Part shown: positions 1 through 7,046 of the stretch, piece by piece
Position numbering within the stretch: position 1 is the stretch's first letter
How the letters are laid out: each line of letters starts with the position of its first letter
Origin: Deltaproteobacteria bacterium
Lineage (GTDB): Bacteria; SAR324; NAC60-12
Direction of reading: 5' to 3'
Assembly: GCA_038150265.1 (NCBI GenBank)
Contig: JAYOTF010000037.1
Location: forward strand, 1-34,110
Length of the DNA stretch: 34,110 bases
Notes under the pieces: generated by a model
What the model was told of the DNA's origin: nothing
The model's input: the letters and a program-made list of their open reading frames with translations, nothing else
Database searches by the model: none
Program-made: the position numbers and the translations under genes

Positions 1-92
1 GCCCGGGCGCACGGGATTTCCGGTTGCGGGTCAGGCCAAGCGTGATACAGTGTTGGCGCAACTGGCATGATGAATTCTTGATGGAGCCGCCT

Positions 93-830
93 GTGCCGAA
101 GAAGCCTGAGACCGTTTACCTGTTTGGCACCTGTCTGGTGGACCTGACTTATCCGGAAGCGGGGATGGCCGCCATTCGGCTGCTGCAACGGGAAGGCATC
201 CGGGTCCTCTTTCCGCAAAACCAGACCTGCTGTGGGCAACCCGCCTACAACTCCGGCTTTCCGGAGGAAGCTCGGGAAGTGGCCTGGCAGCAGGTGTTGG
301 CCTTTCCAGACCCACATCCGATCATTGTCCCGTCCGGATCCTGCGGAGGAATGATGCGCCAGCACTACGAGTCCCTCTTTGCCAAGGACCCTCGGCTGCC
401 TCAGGTGCAGGCCTTTGCGGCCCGGGTGTTTGAGCTGTCCGAGTTTCTGGTGAAGGTGCTGGAGGTGCAGCTTCAGGATCAGGGCCCTCCGGTCACGGTG
501 ACCTGGCACACCTCGTGTCACGCCAAGCGCGAGATGGGCCTGACGGATGAGGGCAAGCAGCTGCTCAGGCAACTGAAGAACGTCACCCTTGTGGAACTGG
601 AGCGGGAGTTTGAGTGCTGTGGCTTCGGAGGCACCTTTGCGGTGAAGCAGCCCCAACTCTCGGCAGCGATGGTGGCCGACAAGGTGGCGGATGTGCAGCA
701 GACCGGAGCCTCTTGCCTCCTGACGGCGGACTGTGGGTGCCTGCTGTACATTGCAGGAGCCATGGAGCAGCAGGCGCTTCCCATCTCCGGACGGCACCTC
801 GCAGACTTCTTATGGGATCGCACGCAGTAG
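93..830 (+). CDS. lutA: (Fe-S)-binding CCG-domain protein, LutA/LldE/YkgE family (lactate utilisation subunit A)
   Basis: Motifs LFGTCLVD, QTCCGQPAYNSG, PSGSCGGM, HTSCH, ECCGFGGTFAVK, DCGCL. The start is uncertain: GTG 93 follows GGAG, ATG 81 is the alternative, and the ORF is open from 24. Confidence 0.88.
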   Translation: MPKKPETVYLFGTCLVDLTYPEAGMAAIRLLQREGIRVLFPQNQTCCGQPAYNSGFPEEAREVAWQQVLAFPDPHPIIVPSGSCGGMMRQHYESLFAKDPRLPQVQAFAARVFELSEFLVKVLEVQLQDQGPPVTVTWHTSCHAKREMGLTDEGKQLLRQLKNVTLVELEREFECCGFGGTFAVKQPQLSAAMVADKVADVQQTGASCLLTADCGCLLYIAGAMEQQALPISGRHLADFLWDRTQ

Positions 831-1909
831 CTTCTTCGTCCTCACTCTCCTCGCCCTGGCTGTTCACCCCTGCCTGGGACGCCTTCTGGTTTCACGGAGG
901 CCTCTGGCTTCCGGTCCTCGTCGTGTGGCTTCCAGACTCCCTTTGGTCTCCCCTGTACCTCTTTCTGGTTCTGACACTCTGGCTGGCCCACCGGTTTGCG
1001 AGCGCCTGGGTTTTTTGGACAACGGATGAGTTTCAGGCCGTCCGGAAGGCTCATGGACCCGTGTTGCTGCTGAAAACCCTGGGGCTGTTTGGAGGCATTG
1101 GGGCCTGGCTGCTCCTGCCCGGATTGGGGGTGTCCACGCTGGAGCGGTTGGCGGTGCTGCTGCTGATCGACTTCGGGTTGATCCTCCACCACTTTGCGGC
1201 ACAGCACTTTGGGATGCTCCGCCTCTATGCGGCCGCGGAGTCCCCTCCTCCGCCTCGGAAGCAAGACTGGCACTTTTGCCTGTGGATCAGTGTGGTCGCG
1301 GTGCCGCTGGCCGAGCTGCTTCAGGGCGCCTCGCTGTTGCAGGATCCGGAATTGCCGCTGCCGGTGTTCCTGGTGCCCGAGACGCTGACTCCGCTGCTGA
1401 AGGGGCTGGGGGCCGCTGCGATCGGCGGGCTGGTGCTCCGGGCACTGAGGCAGGAGCCGCGGGGGAAATCGCCCCGGCAGGCGTACCTGCTGGGACTCGG
1501 AGTGCTGGGCGGGTGTGGCTTCCTCTTGCCGCCGGAGCAATTTCTGGCGGTCTGGACCCTCCAGCACTGGATGGTGAGCGTGGGGCTGAAGTCCGCCCTC
1601 TCGAGCACGCCGGAGGCCGGGAAGGCGCACCGCTGGCGAACGGTGCTGCTGCTGGTGCTTCTGACCGGACCGCTGGTGCCGTTTCTGGAATTTGACGGCC
1701 TCCCCGGTGCCCCACGTGCCACAGCAGACTGGGTGCCCTGGCTGGAAGCGCTGGTGCAGGAGCACACGTGGTGGATGGTGCTGGCGACCTGCGGATTTGC
1801 CAGCGGCTGGGCTCACTACCTGCATGACCGTGCGACATTTCGGTTGTCCGATCCGTTGACACGCAGCAGCGTGCAGCGCCTATTTCAAAAGGAACAGCAA
1901 TGTCGGTAG
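812..1909 (+). CDS. Multi-pass membrane protein with conserved-looking His motifs, function unknown
   Basis: Roughly 8-10 hydrophobic segments. Motifs AHRF, HHFAAQHFG, LQHW, HYLHDR. ATG 812 overlaps the end of lutA. The upstream ORF part from 614 is out-of-frame lutA sequence. Confidence 0.75.
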   Translation: MGSHAVASSSSLSSPWLFTPAWDAFWFHGGLWLPVLVVWLPDSLWSPLYLFLVLTLWLAHRFASAWVFWTTDEFQAVRKAHGPVLLLKTLGLFGGIGAWLLLPGLGVSTLERLAVLLLIDFGLILHHFAAQHFGMLRLYAAAESPPPPRKQDWHFCLWISVVAVPLAELLQGASLLQDPELPLPVFLVPETLTPLLKGLGAAAIGGLVLRALRQEPRGKSPRQAYLLGLGVLGGCGFLLPPEQFLAVWTLQHWMVSVGLKSALSSTPEAGKAHRWRTVLLLVLLTGPLVPFLEFDGLPGAPRATADWVPWLEALVQEHTWWMVLATCGFASGWAHYLHDRATFRLSDPLTRSSVQRLFQKEQQCR

Positions 1910-2277
1910 AGGAAAAAGCGGTCCTGGAAGGAGTCAGTGAAGAAGAGATCCTCGGGCACTGGCCCAGTGCAGTAAACGGAACCCTGGCGCATGAGGAGTG
2001 GGGGGAGCTGAGCTACTGGATGGGCGAACAGCGGGGACGGATTGCGGTGCGCTTTCGCTTTGAGGGTCAGGAAGCCGAGGAAGGCACCCGGGTGTTCTTT
2101 GTCGATGTCGCCCGCGACGGGTGGGTGCTGCGGCACATCTCGTCGTTTCAACCCACCGAACGGGGACTGAAGCTGGTGAAGAATCAGTCCTTCCGCATTC
2201 TGGACGCCATGGAACAGAAGTACCGTTCGGCCATCGACCTGCTCATGCAGGAGCGCAAGCTCTGGGAAGCGCTCTGA
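1900..2277 (+). CDS. Hypothetical soluble protein (125 aa)
   Basis: ATG preceded by AAAGGA, overlaps the previous stop, and has a natural protein composition. No motif recognised. Confidence 0.75.
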   Translation: MSVEEKAVLEGVSEEEILGHWPSAVNGTLAHEEWGELSYWMGEQRGRIAVRFRFEGQEAEEGTRVFFVDVARDGWVLRHISSFQPTERGLKLVKNQSFRILDAMEQKYRSAIDLLMQERKLWEAL

Positions 2278-2280
2278 CGC

Positions 2281-2592
2281 CTACTCGCGCTTGTCGCCGA
2301 TCTTCTCGTCCGGACGGGTGACCTCACTGATCCGGACGCCGTAGCGCTCATTGACCACCACCACCTCGCCTCGCGCCATCAGACGCTCCTGAACAATCAC
2401 ATCCATCGGCTCACCCACAATCTTGGTGAACTCAATGATGGACCCCTTCTTCAGGCTGAGGATGGACTTGAGACTCATCTCGGTTCGGCCAATCTCAACG
2501 GACATCATCATGGGCACATCCTCCAAGAACTTGATGTCGTGAAAGATGCCCTTGTTGTCATCGCCTGCCAGGGATTGCAGCAGTCCAGCCAT
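2281..2592 (-). CDS. fliN: Flagellar motor switch protein FliN (SpoA domain)
   Basis: DVPMMMSVEIGRT...LKKGSII...GEPMDV...ARGEVVVVNERYGVRISEV. GAGGA RBS. Confidence 0.92.
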   Translation of the reverse strand: MAGLLQSLAGDDNKGIFHDIKFLEDVPMMMSVEIGRTEMSLKSILSLKKGSIIEFTKIVGEPMDVIVQERLMARGEVVVVNERYGVRISEVTRPDEKIGDKRE

Positions 2593-2684
2593 GGTTCCTC
2601 AAGTTACAGATTCAAATAAGGAAGGGAGAGCAGCCTCCCCCTTTGGTCCTGGTGCAGCCAAGCAAAATTCATGCAGATTGCACA

Positions 2685-2703
2685 CAGAGGCGCCATGCCT
2701 CTG
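2685..2703 (-). terminator. Hairpin just downstream of the FGE-fold gene (possible weak terminator)
   Basis: CAGAGGC-gccat-GCCTCTG, 3 nt past the stop at 2707. No clear U tract. Confidence 0.35.
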
Positions 2704-2706
2704 GGC

Positions 2707-4200
2707 TCAGGACGCGTCACGGGCGCAGCGGAAGCCGATCTGGAAGGACCGGACCCACGGCGCAAAAGCGTACCGTTTTGTGGGCTGAACCCCGGTGATC
2801 GAGCTGGCGCCACCGAGTCCCCCCCAGGCACCGCCCCGGACCACACGAGCCGGGTACTCGGGCTGCACGGGCTCCGGAGGCCCGGTCGGGTTTTCCAACT
2901 CCGTCATGGCGGGGTAGTAGTCTCCTGCGTAGTAGTCGGCCACCCACTCCATGACGTTGCCGGACAGGTCGAAGAGGCCCAGAGCGTTGGCCTCCAGTTG
3001 CCCCACCGGCTGGGCTCGGAAGGGGCCTTCCGGATTCATGGTGGAGGCAAACCAGGCCTGAGCCTGCAAGATGGGCAACGGCACCACCTCCCAGTCGCCT
3101 CCGGCGCGGGCCGCATACTCCCACTCTGCCTCCGTCGGCAAGCGCCACCCCCGGAATGCACAGTAGCGCGCTGCATTTTCCCAGTCCACATACACCACAG
3201 GCGCATTCGGCAGAATGGAGTCGAATCCGCCACTTCCACGTTCGCAGCGAGGACACCGGTCAAATTCGGCGTTGGTGACTTCATGCTGCTGCAACCAGAA
3301 GGGGCTGAGCTGGACCCGGTGGTCGGGAAACTCGTCCGGGTTGCCATTGGCTCGTCCCATCAGGAAGGTGCCTCCGGGAAGAAGGACCATGCCCTCGGGC
3401 TCCGGAGCCGGTTCGGGAGCGCTCATCAGGAAGGCCGGCTCCTCGGAAGAATCTGCCGTCGTGTTGTCGCTCAAGGCAACCGGAGCCTCCAGCGTGGGCG
3501 CAACCAGGCTCGGTTCCGGAAGCGCAACCGGTGGCTGCGGCAGGGGGGCGGTCGCGGCGATCTGCGGAGGTTCAGGCGTCGTTGACGGAGAACGGGGGGG
3601 AGCCACGTCCGGAGCCGGTTCTGCAGGAGCATCCGGAGTGGGGTCTGGAGCCGAGGCCACGGTGTCTGGAAGGTCCGGAGCCGGGGCTTCGAGCAACCCC
3701 TGCCACACCACTTCTTCAGTAGAGAAATCGTAGGCCTGGAGCCTGAGCTGAATCAGGCCGTTGGTGAGTCGGTAGTCTCCGGTGACCATCCAGTCGGCAT
3801 TGACCTCTCCTGCGAGGTCTTCTGCCAGGGGGCTCCGGGTGGAGCCTGGGAAGGTGGTGCCCCAGTTGGTCCGGACCTGCTCCAGCAGCTCCAGAGCAAT
3901 GACCTGCTGAGGCAGCCGTTGTCGGAGCTGAGCATGGAGCTGACGCTCCAGCAGCTTGCCGGCTTCGTCTCGGCGGGCCTGGGTACGCTCCAGCAGGTTG
4001 ATGACCGCCAGCTTGGGCTCCAGTCGTTCCGGAACCGAAGCCGCAGTGGCCAACTCGGAGGCCGCATCGGCCAGGGCGGCATCCAGGTCGGGGTAACTGA
4101 CGTACAAGGAAAGCGCCCACCCGGTGCCGGCAAAGGCCACCAGGAGGGCTCCGATGATTCCCAGCAGGCCCCAGGAGGCCTGCTGCCACATGCGCCTCAT
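2707..4200 (-). CDS. Exported protein: N-terminal FlgO/TolB-N-like domain, Pro-rich linker, C-terminal SUMF1/FGE-sulfatase-fold domain
   Basis: Signal or TM segment, ADWMVTGDY-type alpha/beta domain and P/A-rich linker. FGE motifs: GGTFLMG, HEVTN, RLPTEAEWEYAARAG, NALGLFDLSGNVMEW, RVVRGGAW, IGFRC. Confidence 0.88.
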   Translation of the reverse strand: MRRMWQQASWGLLGIIGALLVAFAGTGWALSLYVSYPDLDAALADAASELATAASVPERLEPKLAVINLLERTQARRDEAGKLLERQLHAQLRQRLPQQVIALELLEQVRTNWGTTFPGSTRSPLAEDLAGEVNADWMVTGDYRLTNGLIQLRLQAYDFSTEEVVWQGLLEAPAPDLPDTVASAPDPTPDAPAEPAPDVAPPRSPSTTPEPPQIAATAPLPQPPVALPEPSLVAPTLEAPVALSDNTTADSSEEPAFLMSAPEPAPEPEGMVLLPGGTFLMGRANGNPDEFPDHRVQLSPFWLQQHEVTNAEFDRCPRCERGSGGFDSILPNAPVVYVDWENAARYCAFRGWRLPTEAEWEYAARAGGDWEVVPLPILQAQAWFASTMNPEGPFRAQPVGQLEANALGLFDLSGNVMEWVADYYAGDYYPAMTELENPTGPPEPVQPEYPARVVRGGAWGGLGGASSITGVQPTKRYAFAPWVRSFQIGFRCARDAS

Positions 4201-4230
4201 AAGCCCTCAGGACCGGTTCCGGTTGAGGCG

Positions 4231-6048
4231 TCAGAGGTTCTGCACCTTGAATTGAATGGTTTGCTGGGAAGTGTTTCCGAGGTTGTCCTCAGCTTCAATC
4301 TCATAAACGTAGTCTCCTGCTTCTTTCAGCACAATGGACTGATCATAAACCGTCACCTTACCACCATTCAACCGATACTTCAGGGTTTTCAGGTTGGCGG
4401 AGTCGTCAATGCCATTGAAGAAGAGGGTCGTGGAGAGTGGATAAACCGGAACGGCCTCGCCGTTCATGGTGTCTTCTGCCACAGCAGGAATGCTGAAGAC
4501 GGCCTGGATTTCCGGAGGCGTGTCATCGACCACAATGAGGGCCGGCGTGGTGACTTCCCGGTTGTTAACCTGGTCCATCGAGTAGAACTCGAAGGTGTGG
4601 CGCCCCTCTTCCTGGAGCGTGAGCGGACCGGTGTAGGTCTGTGCCTCCTTCAGGTCAATGGAGTGGAAGCTCGACTTCACACCAGAGCCCTGGTCCAAGG
4701 TGTTCAGGATCAGGCGGGTGTCGGAGCGCACCCAGATCGTGTTGGGCCCGCGACGGTAGGTGGGGCCATCCGTCTTGAGCTCCGTCACCGGCGGTTGGTC
4801 ATCCACAATGAAGTTGGCGGTGACCAGGACCGAGGCGTTGTTCATCTCATCAAACGCCTGGTAGTCGAGGCGCAGCGGTCCATTTTGGATCTGAGGCAGG
4901 AACGGGGCCCGGTAGGGCATGAAGGCGCCCCGGTTGAGTCGGTACTCAATGAGCCGGACGTCGACCTGATCATCCACGGCATTGAGGCGAATCCGGGAGC
5001 GGGCCGAGATGAAGAACCGGTTGCCCTCGATGTACTGATCGCCTTCCACCTCATGCGACACCTCAGGGCCGATGGCATCAAACTGGAAGCGTCGCTCCTG
5101 CAACGGCTCAGCGTATCCAAGGAAGTCCTCTGCCTGGAAGCGCAGCACCTGCTCCTTTCCGGACAGGGCCTTCAGGTCGAGCGGCTTGCCCGTGTCCTTC
5201 TGAAAGTCCGCCTCGCCCCACTGGTAGCGGATCTCCTTGACGCCAGAGAGGGCATCGGTGCTGGTGAGCTTGAGGATGCTCCGGGGACCAATCACTGTGC
5301 CATTCCGGGCAGTAAACTCGACGTCAAGAGTGGTCGTCGGGGGAGTGCGGTCGATGGTGAAGCGCATCTCCTCGGGCTCAGAGGCATTTCCGACACGGTC
5401 CACGGCGTAGTGGCGGACCAGGTAGCGGCCTTCTTCGTTGAGGCGACTTCCCGTGGAAGCGGTGAAGGGCTGGCCGTTGATGGAGAGGAAGGCGGTTTCC
5501 ACCCCGGACGCGCTCATGTCCTCGTTTCCGCCGAGGGCCGGGTCTTGAGCAATCAGCTCAAGGTCTGCTGCTTCCGCATAGAAGGTGACGCCGTTTCGGG
5601 TGACCTTCTGAGGCGCCTGGACCTGCAGTCGGGTGCGCGGCACGATGCCGTCGGCAAAGAACCGGAGCTTGGTTTCCTTGCCAGAGTAATAATGCAGCCA
5701 GCGGACGTATTGGTTGCTGCTGACCTCAAGCTTGATGCCGTCCTGCCGGTACCGCTCCAGCTCCGCATCCGGGAGCGAATCGGACCCCAGGATGGGGAAC
5801 AGCTTGGCGTCGGGACCACTGGAGGTGCCGAGCCAGAAGAAGATCGGTTTTTGTTCAGGCCAGTAGATGTTCCTGTCGGCATCGACATAGACCTTTGCTT
5901 CATGTTCATTGGGGGGAGCAAGGTCCATCTCCGCCACCTCCTGTCCCTGTGCCCAGGTGCCCAGGCTGAGGAAGCAGCCAAGCAGAAGGGTCCGGGAGAG
6001 GGGGCGTCGTGCGCGGGAAAGTATTGGGGGGCGCTTTGAAGTGAGCAT
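4231..6048 (-). CDS. Secreted protein with repeated Ig-like/OmpL47-type beta-sandwich domains
   Basis: Signal peptide. Repeated units D..SGV....Y / G.....Y.A.D..GN / (I/V)D.TPP. Confidence 0.8.
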   Translation of the reverse strand: MLTSKRPPILSRARRPLSRTLLLGCFLSLGTWAQGQEVAEMDLAPPNEHEAKVYVDADRNIYWPEQKPIFFWLGTSSGPDAKLFPILGSDSLPDAELERYRQDGIKLEVSSNQYVRWLHYYSGKETKLRFFADGIVPRTRLQVQAPQKVTRNGVTFYAEAADLELIAQDPALGGNEDMSASGVETAFLSINGQPFTASTGSRLNEEGRYLVRHYAVDRVGNASEPEEMRFTIDRTPPTTTLDVEFTARNGTVIGPRSILKLTSTDALSGVKEIRYQWGEADFQKDTGKPLDLKALSGKEQVLRFQAEDFLGYAEPLQERRFQFDAIGPEVSHEVEGDQYIEGNRFFISARSRIRLNAVDDQVDVRLIEYRLNRGAFMPYRAPFLPQIQNGPLRLDYQAFDEMNNASVLVTANFIVDDQPPVTELKTDGPTYRRGPNTIWVRSDTRLILNTLDQGSGVKSSFHSIDLKEAQTYTGPLTLQEEGRHTFEFYSMDQVNNREVTTPALIVVDDTPPEIQAVFSIPAVAEDTMNGEAVPVYPLSTTLFFNGIDDSANLKTLKYRLNGGKVTVYDQSIVLKEAGDYVYEIEAEDNLGNTSQQTIQFKVQNL

Positions 6049-6097
6049 AAGCGGGGGTTTGTCTCATCATTGAAGAACGAAGCCTCAACCCCATGTC

Positions 6098-6211
6098 GAG
6101 GCCAAGCCTCACGAGTATCACATTGTCCGTGCGGTTCCCATAAAAAAATAGAAACGCCCTGTTTCGACTCCGGCTTCTGCCCGGTGAAGCTTTTGAAGGA
6201 GGCCAAGCCTC
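6098..6211. repeat. Two identical 13-bp palindromes GAGGC-CAA-GCCTC (6098-6110 and 6199-6211)
   Basis: Exact direct repeat, 101 bp apart, in the intergenic region between the HugZ gene and the OmpL47-like gene. Confidence 0.6.
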
Positions 6212-6229
6212 CCCCGAAAGCGTCCGGAT

Positions 6230-6730
6230 TCACTGAGAGCGTAGGTGCCGGATCTGATCCAACTCCTCGCCCTCAATCGCATAGGCCTGCCCAAATCCAC
6301 GGACGTAGCTTCCAGACTGGGGCTCCAGACGGAACAGGTGAAAGTCTGACAACCCCCGCAGCACGTCAATGAGGTCTCCGAAGGTTTCCTTCATGCGTGT
6401 CAGGATCGCTTCGGCTTCTGGCGCGTCCCGTGAGCGCAGCGTGGCCTCGCACTGATAAATGAGCCGCTTGCGGGCAAAGATCTCTTCGGCCTCCGCTTCC
6501 TCTTCAATGAACATGACCTCTGCAACCGGGTTCTGTTTGAGGCTCCGGGTGTGCCGAGCCAGGTCACTGAGGAAGAGGTAGAAGGCTCCGGATTCGTCCT
6601 GGACGTAAGGCGCGTAACTCACCTGCGGGTGCCCGGATTCGTCAACAGACGACAGCAGCAGGCTCCGGAACCGCTGCTGCAGGGCCCGGTACTCCTGGAC
6701 GATCTTGGGAAGGTTGGGGGAATCGCTCAT
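6230..6730 (-). CDS. HugZ/HutZ-like pyridoxamine 5'-phosphate oxidase-fold (split-barrel) heme utilisation protein
   Basis: SYAPYV, LSDLARHT, MFIEEE...IFARKRL, DFHLFRL, YVRGFGQAY. Confidence 0.88.
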   Translation of the reverse strand: MSDSPNLPKIVQEYRALQQRFRSLLLSSVDESGHPQVSYAPYVQDESGAFYLFLSDLARHTRSLKQNPVAEVMFIEEEAEAEEIFARKRLIYQCEATLRSRDAPEAEAILTRMKETFGDLIDVLRGLSDFHLFRLEPQSGSYVRGFGQAYAIEGEELDQIRHLRSQ

Positions 6731-6861
6731 GTGGCCTACCTTTCTGATTGGAGATATGTTTATTCGAGTAAAGAAAAACCCGGAAGGAAGGGGCTCAGAA
6801 TCCGCCCTTGGGCCGGGAAGCGGTTTTTCTAGAAGACGGCTCTTGCCGGAAGAGAGGTAGC

Positions 6862-7003
6862 GAATTCAAGTTGTTGATATTTAAGTTTATTTAATAAAAA
6901 ATGATTTAATATATAATGTGATTTCAGCAAGAATTTTGAATCGTGTTATCAATGTTTTAGAGCTAACGTGCACGCCTTACAAGCAGATTTTTTATATTGA
7001 ATT
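6862..7003. promoter_or_regulatory. Very AT-rich divergent regulatory region with two IHF consensus sites
   Basis: Perfect WATCAANNNNTTR matches at 6867-6879 (minus strand, TATCAACAACTTG) and 6947-6959 (plus strand, TATCAATGTTTTA), flanking an almost pure A/T tract in a GC-rich genome. Confidence 0.7.
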
Positions 7004-7046
7004 CCAGCAGGCAAAGGCTTTACCGTAGTGGCTTCGTTTCAAATGG

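Noticed and set aside
2661..2677. Sigma54-like site TCTGCATG-AATT-TTGCT upstream of fliN (minus strand)
   Set aside because: The invariant -24 GG is TG here, so I cannot support it.
2707..2850. FGE/CLec-fold C-terminus as a diversity-generating retroelement target
   Set aside because: No template repeat copy and no reverse transcriptase in the window.
3919..6039. 706-aa plus-strand ORF
   Set aside because: Antisense shadow of the OmpL47-like and FGE genes.
6954..6965. GTTTTAGAGCTA, identical to the start of the S. pyogenes type II CRISPR repeat/sgRNA scaffold
   Set aside because: Single 12-mer in an AT-rich tract. The continuation does not match, and there is no array or cas gene.
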